A stretch of DNA of 64,000 bases from Vulcanimicrobiota bacterium (GTDB lineage Bacteria; Vulcanimicrobiota; Vulcanimicrobiia; Vulcanimicrobiales; Vulcanimicrobiaceae): positions 288,001-352,000 of the forward strand of contig CAVRQT010000002.1 of the NCBI GenBank assembly GCA_963723515.1, given 5' to 3'. Each line of letters begins with the position of its first letter. Position 1 is the first letter of the stretch. Shown piece by piece: positions 1-8,878 of this stretch. The notes below the pieces were generated by a model, which had not been told where the DNA came from, did no database searches, and saw only the letters and a program-made list of their open reading frames with translations. A program made the translations under genes and the position numbers.

Positions 1-555
1 CTGCGACAAGAATGCCAACGCCGCCTCGGCCTGTCCGGTGATCAAGTTGCGCTGGTGCATGATCAGTGCATCTGAAAAAGCATTGGCGATTGCAGCCGAA
101 GTCTTCGGGTCGCCCCAGCGAGCCGAGAGTTGCAAGATCGACGTATTCGTTACCGGCTTGACGGTAACGCGCGACAGCAGATGCGGCACACTGGTCTTAA
201 GACCTAAACGGTCGATGACGGCTTGGGCGACCGGCGTCTCTTTGATGAGTTCGGCGTACGTCTCAGCTGATTGGGCGCCACCGCTTTGCAGAAGCGCGTT
301 CAGAACGGGAAAGTTCGTCAAAGCCGCGTTATTGTTGCTCGAAGGCGAATTCGAATTGCCGATGATGAGGCGCGCTTGCGTCACGTAGGTCTTTGGAATC
401 GCGACGGCTAGCAGCAGTACGACGGCGGATAAGAGACCGAGGATCGTCCAAAACAATCGTCGCCGCGAAAGCACGCCGCGTAACGATTGCGCGCCAATCC
501 CAAGAGAATTCCGAGTAGCGTCAGGATGCGCAGGGCTAAGGGCTAGATATGACAT
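1..555 (-). CDS. Polysaccharide co-polymerase / chain-length determinant (Wzc/GumC/Wzz family), N-terminal part; runs off window
   Basis: Not in ORF track. Manual translation from ATG at 555: MSYLALSP...RRRLFWTILGLLSAVVLLLAVAIPKTYVTQARLII...AETYAELIKETPVAQAVIDRLGL...VKPVTNTSILQLSARWGDPKTSAAIANAF, a typical Wzz N-terminal TM plus periplasmic segment. GGAG upstream; follows wza. Confidence 0.88.
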   Translation of the reverse strand, partial: MSYLALSPAHPDATRNSLGIGAQSLRGVLSRRRLFWTILGLLSAVVLLLAVAIPKTYVTQARLIIGNSNSPSSNNNAALTNFPVLNALLQSGGAQSAETYAELIKETPVAQAVIDRLGLKTSVPHLLSRVTVKPVTNTSILQLSARWGDPKTSAAIANAFSDALIMHQRNLITGQAEAALAFLSQ

Positions 556-570
556 TTCTTTCTCCGCGGC

Positions 571-1475
571 TTACGGGATCAGCCAGCGTTGCAGCAAGTA
601 AAGCAGCCCGAGGAGCTTCCGGGGCGACGCGACTGCGGGACATAGACGATGTCGCCTTTCTTCAGGGCGGGGTCGTAGCGCAAATCGCCATTTTGCAATG
701 CTTGATAAAGATTGACTTCATGCGATGCTGTTCGGCCGTCGGGTTCCGTGCGCGTAACGAAGATGTGATTGAGGTCCGCGTAGGAGTTGCTGCTCGTGCC
801 TGCCTTTGCGATCGCCGTCGCAAGACGGTCGCCTTCGCGCATTTGGATGTAACCGGGACGATCGACCGCACCGACGACCTCGATATCGAATGACAGCGGC
901 CCCTCGACGTAAACGACGGAGCCCTCGTCCAAAGCGAGGTTTTGCGTTTGATCGCCGTCATTGAGCAGTCTCTGTAGCGAAACGTGCGACAGTGTGCCGT
1001 CGGCCAGAGAGACGCGCGCGTCAGGAAACGCGCCGTTCGTTGGAGCGAGGCCACCCGCTGCAGCGATCGCGTCTGTCAGCCGGCCGCCGGGGCGCAGCGC
1101 GTATTTGCCGGGCGTCTTGACGTCACCCATGACGAGAACATTCGCTTGACCGGCAGTAGCGATGCCGACCGTCACCGCGGGATGACGGATGTACTTTTGG
1201 AGTTGCTTCGCGATCTGTCGCGCAGCCGTTTCCGTCGTTTCGTTCTCGACTTTGACGCGTCCGATCAGCGGTAGCGTGATCGTGCCGTCGGGCAACACGG
1301 TCGGCGGGGTGAGCTGCTTGAAATTGTCATCGCCATAGACTTGAACCGAAAGCTGGTCTCCGCGATGAATCACGTATTGATCGCTCGATCCCGCAATTGC
1401 AGCAGTGCAGCCGAAAGCTGCAACGCCGACGATGAAGATGAGCGATGAAGCCGAATGTTTTACAAATGCGGTCAC
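571..1475 (-). CDS. wza: Polysaccharide export protein, Wza/SLBB-domain (probable frameshift near C-terminus)
   Basis: ORF 579..1514: YVIHRGDQLSVQVYG, VLPDGTITLPLIGRVKV, VMGDVKTPG and VVGAVDRPG SLBB repeats, LKKGDIVYVP. Likely GTG start at 1475. An alternative frame gives ...GLLYLLQRWLIP* ending at 571. Confidence 0.85.
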
Positions 1476-1927
1476 GATGGCAGACCCTTCTGTGGGCTGC
1501 GGTCGGCGTGGCACTCGTTGCGGGATTCTCTTGGGCTGCTACCGACCGTGAAGTATATGAGACGACGTCCCCTCATACGCTCGTCGCCTACGTGTGGTTT
1601 CGAAAAGCGTACAGCGTCGTTGCGTTTGCAATCGTTGGTGCGATCGTTGCTCGATGGATGCCGCGAGCGAGCGCGATCGCTCGAATCCTGTGCAGCGGCG
1701 CCGTCGTTGGCGCGTACAGCGCATTGATCGAAGTAGCGCAGAAGTTGCACGGTTCGACGGAGAGCTGGCGCTGGAACATCTTCGATATTGCGTGCGGTAT
1801 CGTTGGCGGCTTTGCCGGTGCGCTTGCCGCGACTGTGTATCGGCATTACGTTAGCGCTATTGCGGCGGCGCGCCGCTGCAATCGGCCGATTGAACGGCAT
1901 CGACAGGCGGGCACGGCACAGGATTAG
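1466..1927 (+). CDS. VanZ-like membrane protein
   Basis: Four hydrophobic segments with RK..., SALIEVAQ and DIACGIVG motifs typical of the VanZ-like family; ATG at 1466. Confidence 0.6.
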   Translation: MRSRWQTLLWAAVGVALVAGFSWAATDREVYETTSPHTLVAYVWFRKAYSVVAFAIVGAIVARWMPRASAIARILCSGAVVGAYSALIEVAQKLHGSTESWRWNIFDIACGIVGGFAGALAATVYRHYVSAIAAARRCNRPIERHRQAGTAQD

Positions 1928-2601
1928 GCGGTCCCGGAACCGGACCGGGGCCCGGACCAGGGCCTCCACCGCTGCCGATCAACGTTAAGATCAGCCCGCC
2001 GAGCAAAACGAAGATGCCGCCATTGTGATGCGGCGGAGGCGGGAACGGCCTCGGGCGTTGCCGCTGCAGCAACAGGCGCCGGCGCGGGAGGCGGCGTCGC
2101 GGCGGCCGTTTCAATATAGCGCGGCGGTAAAGGCGGTCTGGCTGCGATATGCTGCACGACCGGCGTACGGATCACCGACAAGTTGCCGCAGGTCGCCGGC
2201 ATGAACAAGCGGACGAGCTGGCGCGGTTCGTGCAGATCGACTTCCCAGCCGTGCGAGCCGGCGGGAATGACGACGTTACGCAGCACGTACACGTTGCCGT
2301 TTCGGTGAACGGCGCTCATCGCGTCGAGATGCCGCGGGATTTGCACCCAGGCTGGATGCGCCGTTCTGAACGTATGAAGGAACCGCGTGAACTCGCGCGG
2401 GCTAAGTCCCACTTCCGCGCCGGCCATTGTCAGACGCGATTCATTGGCCGCAATCCGGCGCTCGATGTCCGTCGTCGATGTGCTTTGCCCACCGAGTAGT
2501 TGGTCGCGGTTGAGGGCGTGAATAACCGTCACGCTCGCAAATGCCGGAGCACCCGCCGCAATGACGGCGAGCACAAAGGCCGCTAGCCGAGTTATTATCA
2601 A
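1857..2601 (-). CDS. Secreted/membrane-anchored Pro-rich hypothetical protein (frameshift at about 2030-2100)
   Basis: ORF 1924..2601 has a signal peptide (AFA-S) and AAGGAG SD. ORF 1857..2114 supplies the Pro-rich linker, TM GGIFVLLGGLILTLIG and a GPGPGP tail. Confidence 0.6.
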
Positions 2602-2729
2602 GAAGGGTGGCTCCTTATTTTTCGCGCTGTGCTCTCAGCATAGCCGGTCGAGCAGGATGCCGAACCTTCTGTTCGTAGCGACGCTCGCGGTCGTTCGGCC
2701 CAATAGACTTGGTGCTTACGTCGGCGGCG

Positions 2730-3572
2730 CTAGTAGTGACCGAGCGTGCCATCGATTTTCGAGCGCCGGACGGCCCGCGCGAAGAGATACAGCGATACAG
2801 GCAGCAGGATCAAGGTTGAGGCGGCAAGCCACCAGGCGTCCGGCGCCAGGTCCGTCAGCCGAGCACCGTAGAGGGCGCCCCGAAAACCGTTCAGCGCGTG
2901 GGTGATCGGCAAGCACCAGCCGACCATTTGAAGCGCAACGGGCAGTTTGGACACCGGAATATAAACGCCGCCAAAGAGGTTGGCCGCGCTGGTCATGAAA
3001 AACGCGATCGGCCCGGTTTTCTTGAACGTCATGGTGGCCGCGGCGGCCAGCACGCCGATCGGCGACACCGACGCCACGGTCAACAGCAAGAAGCAGAGGA
3101 ATGTCCAGCCGTTCAAATGCGAGAGCTGCAGCCCGTACAGCATCGCGATACCGAAGTAGGCCACGACCTCGAGCGAGGTTAGCGCAAACGCAAACAAACC
3201 CGACGACAGCACGATTAACGGCAGGCTCGTCGGTGTCGCCAAAATCACTTCCAAGGTGCCCAACGTCTGTCCGTCTCGAACTGCGTCGGCGAAACTCAGC
3301 AACGCGGTCGTTTGAAATTGAACGAACGCGAAACTGACCACCAGATAGTCGAAATAACTGGCGACGTGGCCACCGAAGCCGAAGCGTGCCGACGGCGCAA
3401 TCAACAGCGAGAGAAAGAACGCGATGCTGACCTCGACACCGATCGTGACCCAGCGCAACCAGAAGTACGCACTGTAAGAAAGCGTGATGCGTCGATCGCG
3501 AGCAAATATCGCGCGCATCTTATCGATTGCCGACGCAATCGCACTGTAGCGAAGCGTCGTGACATTAACCAT
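2730..3572 (-). CDS. ABC-2 type exporter permease
   Basis: Six TM segments, GTLEVILATP and LFGGVYIPVSKLP...LPITHAL motifs. ATG at 3572 overlaps the ATPase stop. Confidence 0.9.
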   Translation of the reverse strand: MVNVTTLRYSAIASAIDKMRAIFARDRRITLSYSAYFWLRWVTIGVEVSIAFFLSLLIAPSARFGFGGHVASYFDYLVVSFAFVQFQTTALLSFADAVRDGQTLGTLEVILATPTSLPLIVLSSGLFAFALTSLEVVAYFGIAMLYGLQLSHLNGWTFLCFLLLTVASVSPIGVLAAAATMTFKKTGPIAFFMTSAANLFGGVYIPVSKLPVALQMVGWCLPITHALNGFRGALYGARLTDLAPDAWWLAASTLILLPVSLYLFARAVRRSKIDGTLGHY

Positions 3573-4557
3573 GCACGGCGGCTCCCAGCACGTCTTTAAA
3601 AACGTCAACCGGCGACGGTTCGAGCAACCGCACTTCATGGATTAGGCTGCCGTTTGAACCGAGCGCATTCAGCAAGCTTGTCAGCGAATGCCGCGAACCG
3701 TTGACTGCAGCCGTGACGACGCTCAAGCCGGCGCCGTTTTCCACGGTGAGATCGTTGCAGCCGGTGATCGCTCGTAGCCGCGCTGCGAAATCCGCATGCA
3801 GGCCGCTTAGCACGATCTTGTACCGGCTGGTTCTGCGATGGTGCAACGTCTGCGGTGCGCCGACTTTGATAACCGTACCCGACTGAAGAATCGCGATGCG
3901 ATCGCACAGGCTCCACGCCTCATCGAGCAGGTTCGTCGCAACGATCACGGTTTTGCCTAATTTTCCGACGAGCTCGTCGCGAATTAGTTCTCTCAATTTT
4001 TCGGCGTGCACCGGATCGACGGCGCGGGTCGGTTCATCGAGAAAGAGCACCGCAGGGTCCGCAAGGAGCGCGCGCGCGACCGTCAACCTCTGACGCATGC
4101 CCGACGAATACTCTGCAAACCGCCGGTCTAGGACGTCCTGCAAACCGACGCACTCCGCCACTTCGAAAATCCGCTCGATCAACGCGTGGCCGCGCCAGCC
4201 GGCAAGCGCGCCGAAAAACTCTAAATTCTGGCGTGCCGTTAAGCGGTAATAAAAACTTCTCTCCTCGCTCGTGCAAAGACCGACACGCAACTTCGCTGCC
4301 ATGGGGTGCTGTGCGATATCGATGTCATCGAGCAGGATGCGGCCGGCGTCCGGAATCGTCAGCGTCGCCATGATCTTCAATAGTGTCGTCTTGCCTGCGC
4401 CGTTGGGCCCAACAAGACCGAAGAGCTCGCCGCGCTCGACGACCAGGTTAACGTCGCGAAGCGCAACGCGACGCGGCGGACGACCGGCATATTTGAGCAG
4501 TGACGGAAGGCCAAAAACGGTCGGAAAAGACTTGGTGACGTGTTCAACCGCCAACAT
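3565..4557 (-). CDS. ABC exporter ATP-binding protein
   Basis: Walker A GPNGAGKTT, signature YSSGMRQR, Walker B LFLDEP; likely start MLAVEH at 4557. Confidence 0.93.
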   Translation of the reverse strand: MLAVEHVTKSFPTVFGLPSLLKYAGRPPRRVALRDVNLVVERGELFGLVGPNGAGKTTLLKIMATLTIPDAGRILLDDIDIAQHPMAAKLRVGLCTSEERSFYYRLTARQNLEFFGALAGWRGHALIERIFEVAECVGLQDVLDRRFAEYSSGMRQRLTVARALLADPAVLFLDEPTRAVDPVHAEKLRELIRDELVGKLGKTVIVATNLLDEAWSLCDRIAILQSGTVIKVGAPQTLHHRRTSRYKIVLSGLHADFAARLRAITGCNDLTVENGAGLSVVTAAVNGSRHSLTSLLNALGSNGSLIHEVRLLEPSPVDVFKDVLGAAVHG

Positions 4558-4695
4558 GGGCGTGTCTGGAGTAATGAAAAATCCTCTCGGTGTGAAAGTC
4601 GAGCAGCGTTCAGTGTAAAGCAATACCCGAAGCGAAAGAAGGACTAGAGCGCGCTATTCTATTGACCGAACATCCTAACAAGAGCGCGTGCGAAA

Positions 4696-4711
4696 TAGGG
4701 CGTTTGGCCCC
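4696..4711. promoter_or_regulatory. Putative NarL/DosR-like operator box (copy F)
   Basis: Reverse complement GGGGCCAAACGCCCTA resembles the GGAC-N4-GNCCTA boxes at 18623/18666/18773; lies in a divergent promoter region. Confidence 0.35.
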
Positions 4712-4776
4712 AGGAAATTCTCACCGATTTACAGGACCGTTGTAGCTGCAGGACTTGCTTTAGGAGGCCTCCCCTC

Positions 4777-6552
4777 ATCAGTGGTTTCGTCGCTATCATA
4801 TCGCGGAATGATCAGCATTCGCTTGGCGATGAAATTCGGCGGTTTGCCGATGTTTACGCGTCCATTCGTCATGTGACTGCGCGCGAAGTTGCCTTTGCCG
4901 ACGGACTGGGAGCGGTCGTCAAGCTCGATTCAGCAAGCGGCGATCAGCCCGGCATCGAGCACGGGGGCAGTTCATGGGCCGCATCCGCCGGCGTCGTATT
5001 GTGCGATTCTGCGCTCACTTCTGCCCCGCTTCAAGAACTTGACGGGCAATTCAGCATCATTCGCTACGATGCAACCGCGCATCGTATTGAGCTTATCAGT
5101 GATCCTTTCGGATTGCGTTCGCTGTATATCGCCGAGCGCAACGGCAAATCGTACATCTCGACGTCCGTTTTAGCGCTCGCAAAATTCCTCGAAGCGCCGC
5201 CGGACCGCTATGGACTGTCCTTCTTTTTGCGGACCGGCTATCACATCGGGGCGCTAACGAATTGGCAGGGAATCGCCCGTCTGGATCCGGCAACGATTCT
5301 TTCGTTCACCAAGACCGGATCCGAGACGTACAAATATTTCAATCCGCAGGTCGATCCGTCGGTCGAGCGGCTTGACCTTGCACACACGATCGACCACGCA
5401 CTCGAAGTTCTGCTTGATTCGTACCGGCGCTGGTACACGAATCGTCCTCCTGCCTGGGCGGATTTGACCGGCGGATTCGACTCGCGCCTTGTGGATTCGC
5501 TGCTCGCCGAATGCGGCGTCAAGTTTCGCACGAATACCGTAGGCGCCGAAAGCGAACCGGACGTGCGGTTGGCTCGCGAGGTCGCCCATCGAGCGGGATG
5601 GGAATGGACGCGGTTTTCGCTTCCGCACGACTGGAGCGAAGTGTTACCGCACCGCTTGTTTGAGGCATTGGGGTGGGGCGACGGTCAGCTCGACGTGCTG
5701 CAACTCGCCGAAGTGTTGCAAGGACATTCCGAAAAGAGCATCATCCACCGCTCGCTCTTTGTCGGCGGTGGGAACGAACTGTTCCGAGGCTACGCGTGGC
5801 AACAAGAGTTCTGGGGCGCGGGACGCTCGACTAAAGTGAACTTCAATAGGCTGATGGAAATGCGTTGGTTGCAGCCGCTCAATGCCGCAACGATCTTCGC
5901 TGAAGATCCGACGTCCAGAATTCGTGAAGACCTTCAGGCGCGCGCTCAGCGTTGGGTCGCGCCGTACGAAGGCGCGCTCAACACAACACAACTCGATATC
6001 CTGTACCTGCGTAAGATGCCGACGCACTTCGGCCCATATCAAACCGCGGCCGATGCTTCGATGCGGGCCATCTTGCCGTTCTTTTCACGACCGATTGTCA
6101 ACGCCGCGTTGTCTTCGAATTTCCGTCACCGCAAAGGCCATCGCCTCATGCGGCACATGATCGACCGCATTAACCCTGCGGTCGCAGCGGTTGCGACGGC
6201 GAGCGGCGGACCGGCGCAGCCGACACGCGCGACGAACCTTCATCGCTTTGCACCGTACTACTTCAATCTCGCGCGCAAGGCGTCTTCAAAGCTCGGTCAA
6301 AATTTGACGAAGCGGCGAATGCTCGGCGCCAGAGCGCTGCCGGTCATGTCGCAACGCACCGCCGCTCGCCGGTTCGTGCTGCATCATCTCAATCTTCAGC
6401 CCTCGGCGATGCGGACCGGTTCCCTGTACAATACATCTGCGTTCGAACGTTTCTTGCAACAAGCCGATGACGAGACGTTCGCAGACAGCGCGCTGTTAGG
6501 ACGCGTCATCGCTGCAGAACTTTCACTTCGGGAAACCGGTGCCGAGCTTTAA
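4777..6552 (+). CDS. Asparagine-synthetase-like ATP-dependent amide ligase (Cys1 replaced by Ser)
   Basis: DLTGGFDSR PP-loop-like motif, DGQFS, SDPFGLRSLY, GGGNELFRGY. The frame is open upstream of 4873 to ATC-AGT-GGT-TTC (xSGFVAII) at 4777, 9 nt after AGGAGG. Confidence 0.85.
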   Translation: MSGFVAIISRNDQHSLGDEIRRFADVYASIRHVTAREVAFADGLGAVVKLDSASGDQPGIEHGGSSWAASAGVVLCDSALTSAPLQELDGQFSIIRYDATAHRIELISDPFGLRSLYIAERNGKSYISTSVLALAKFLEAPPDRYGLSFFLRTGYHIGALTNWQGIARLDPATILSFTKTGSETYKYFNPQVDPSVERLDLAHTIDHALEVLLDSYRRWYTNRPPAWADLTGGFDSRLVDSLLAECGVKFRTNTVGAESEPDVRLAREVAHRAGWEWTRFSLPHDWSEVLPHRLFEALGWGDGQLDVLQLAEVLQGHSEKSIIHRSLFVGGGNELFRGYAWQQEFWGAGRSTKVNFNRLMEMRWLQPLNAATIFAEDPTSRIREDLQARAQRWVAPYEGALNTTQLDILYLRKMPTHFGPYQTAADASMRAILPFFSRPIVNAALSSNFRHRKGHRLMRHMIDRINPAVAAVATASGGPAQPTRATNLHRFAPYYFNLARKASSKLGQNLTKRRMLGARALPVMSQRTAARRFVLHHLNLQPSAMRTGSLYNTSAFERFLQQADDETFADSALLGRVIAAELSLRETGAEL

Positions 6553-7729
6553 CGAAGACGGCTTGCATCAGATCCGTGTGATGCACGTTGTGGCGCATCT
6601 CTCGACTTACGGAGCGGAGAATCTCGTCGCCCAGCTCGCGCAGGAGCTCAGCTCGTCGCTTAACGTCGCGGTCTTAACCGTCTCCGATATTCCGCTAGCG
6701 GCGCGCGAAGTCGATTTCGCGGGGCCGATTTTTTGCGCGGCGCGTGAACGCCGTGATGCCTCATTCTTTTTTCGTATGGTCGGGCTGATGCGACTGTGGC
6801 GCCCGACGATCGTCCATAGTCACGTGCATAACGGGAAGTTCTGGGGACGCATGGCAGCCGTCGTCGCCGGCGTACCGCACATCGTACATACGGAACATAA
6901 CAGCGATTTTCGAGCCGGTCTGCTGGAAGGTGCAGCCAATCGATTCCTCCATGCGCGGACCGAACGCTTCGTCGCGTTTTCGAAAACCCACGCGACCGCT
7001 CTGGCTGCGGCGGAGCGCATTCCTAAATCGAAGATGGCAATCATCCCCAACGGCATCCGACAACCGCTCTGCGCCGATCGCCGTGCGGCTCGTATGCGAC
7101 TTGGAGTCGATGATGATACGTGTACGGTATTCGTCGTTGGACGATTCGCAGCTGTCAAGAATCAAGAGCTCGCAATCCGAACGATCTCGCGACTGCGCAG
7201 CGAGATAGCTCAGCATACGAAATTGTTTTTAGCGGGGAACGGTCGCGAAGAACCGCGGTTGCGTGGTATTGTCGCTGACTTGCAGCTAGAGGATCGCGTC
7301 GCGTTCTTGGGATTCAGGCCGGATCTCGAAGAGATCTTGCCGGCAGCGGATGCGCTGTTGGTGACATCCCTCAATGAGGCGATGCCGCTCTCGATCATCG
7401 AGGCAATGAGCGCACGAGTGCCCGTCGTTTCGACCCCGTGGCTCGGCGCGGCCGAGCTTTTGGAAGATGGAGCGTTGGGATTGATTTCGGCCGATTGGAC
7501 GGCTGAGAGCCTGGCGGATTGTCTAACACGCACCTTTAGCGACGTTCTTGGTACGACTGCGCGGACTCGGAGAGCTCAAAGCGCCGCCGTCTCACGCTAC
7601 AACATTCGCACCACGGCGGCAAAACATGAGGCGCTCTATCGAGCGCTATCCGGCGCCGGCGGTCCCGATCATTCCGACGTGCGAGACAAGCTCGTTCATG
7701 ATCCGCAAACGGTCGTAGCGCTTCGTTAA
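6539..7729 (+). CDS. Glycosyltransferase family 4
   Basis: YGAE, IVHSH, HTEH, IIPNGI, VGRFAAVKNQ, EAMPLSIIEAM (EX7E). Confidence 0.92.
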   Translation: MPSFNEDGLHQIRVMHVVAHLSTYGAENLVAQLAQELSSSLNVAVLTVSDIPLAAREVDFAGPIFCAARERRDASFFFRMVGLMRLWRPTIVHSHVHNGKFWGRMAAVVAGVPHIVHTEHNSDFRAGLLEGAANRFLHARTERFVAFSKTHATALAAAERIPKSKMAIIPNGIRQPLCADRRAARMRLGVDDDTCTVFVVGRFAAVKNQELAIRTISRLRSEIAQHTKLFLAGNGREEPRLRGIVADLQLEDRVAFLGFRPDLEEILPAADALLVTSLNEAMPLSIIEAMSARVPVVSTPWLGAAELLEDGALGLISADWTAESLADCLTRTFSDVLGTTARTRRAQSAAVSRYNIRTTAAKHEALYRALSGAGGPDHSDVRDKLVHDPQTVVALR

Positions 7730-8878
7730 GAAACGGCGCGCGCTGTGCCGATACTCGAGCAAGAGGGATCGGTCGGCACGCAGGTGACGTATCGCCTCCG
7801 CCAAGGCGACGGGATCTTCAGGCGCGACGGCCACCCCGCCGCCGGACTCTTGAACGAAACGGCGGGCCTCACCGTCGGCGGCAACAATGACGGGGCATCC
7901 CACGGTGAAGGCATCGAAAATCTTTGTGGGCAGACTGCGCGTCAGCCCCGCACGCAGCGGCACGATGCAGACGTCCGAGTCGGCGAAGGCGCGGACCGCG
8001 CTCTCGCGAGGCAATACGCCGAGAAATGAAACGTTGGCGATCGTCTCCGCCTGAACGCGACGCCGCAGTTCCGGTTCATGCGCTCCACCGCCGACCATGA
8101 TGAATCGAAACGCCGGGTCGTCAAGCAAGAGTTTCGCTGCATCGAGCACGGTATCCAACGAAGCGGCGACGCCCATGTTGCCGACGTAGGCGACCACAAA
8201 ATCTTGGCGCTTTCGGACAAAGAGCGCTTCTTCTGCCAATTCGACCGCATCCGCGCCGTTGGGCGTCACAATCACTTTGGAAGGCGCCACTCCGTGCTCG
8301 AGGATTTCCTTTCTTGCGCCCTCGGTCACGGCGACGATGAGGGCCGCTCGTGCGTAAAGCCAATCGACCAACGCACCCACGGCGCGACTGGTAAAGCCCC
8401 TTTTGCGCCACGTTCCCATGCCAACCGCGACCTCCGGAAAGACGTCACGGATATCGGCGATCAACCGTGCACGCCCGCGCGACGCAGCGGCAATTGCCGG
8501 CACAATCAGTGTGATCGGAGGACTCGAAACAACGACGAGATCGGCTGCTTGTCGTTGCAAGATCACATACAGCAGCATCCCAAACGCGACCGAGAGCCAG
8601 TTCAACGCTCGTTCGACGGCTCTTCCGCCCGGTGAAGCAAACGTCCAGACGCGCTTTACGTTCACTGGACCGTCGCTTTCAGCGACAAAGAATCGCCCCC
8701 GATATGCGCGCGCGACCTTGCCTTGCGGAAACGATGGCATTCCGGTTAAGACCGTGACCTGGTTTCCTGCCGAGGCGAACGCTGCCGCAAGCGCACTGAC
8801 TCTGTTTGCAGCCGCGCACGATTCGGGCTTATAGAATTGCGCGATGATCATCACGCGCTGGTTCTTTCGAAACGTCAT
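7646..8878 (-). CDS. Glycosyltransferase family 4 (WbuB/WcaI-like)
   Basis: QFYKPE, SSPP, DIRDVFPE, YVGNMG, PTKIFDAF. Confidence 0.9.
   Translation of the reverse strand: MTFRKNQRVMIIAQFYKPESCAAANRVSALAAAFASAGNQVTVLTGMPSFPQGKVARAYRGRFFVAESDGPVNVKRVWTFASPGGRAVERALNWLSVAFGMLLYVILQRQAADLVVVSSPPITLIVPAIAAASRGRARLIADIRDVFPEVAVGMGTWRKRGFTSRAVGALVDWLYARAALIVAVTEGARKEILEHGVAPSKVIVTPNGADAVELAEEALFVRKRQDFVVAYVGNMGVAASLDTVLDAAKLLLDDPAFRFIMVGGGAHEPELRRRVQAETIANVSFLGVLPRESAVRAFADSDVCIVPLRAGLTRSLPTKIFDAFTVGCPVIVAADGEARRFVQESGGGVAVAPEDPVALAEAIRHLRADRSLLLEYRHSARRFLTKRYDRLRIMNELVSHVGMIGTAGAG

Noticed and set aside
1266..1278. ops/JUMPstart-like GCGGTAGCGTG
   Set aside because: It lies inside the wza CDS, on the strand opposite to the operon, and not in a leader.
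2730..6552. Lasso-peptide cluster (Cys-less AsnB-like enzyme + ABC exporter)
   Set aside because: No B1/PqqD, B2 protease or YxxPxL...T-x-G precursor was found. The gene is coupled to a GT4 within an EPS locus.
7646..7729. 84-bp convergent overlap of two GT4 genes
   Set aside because: It involves only non-conserved tails; common and uninformative.
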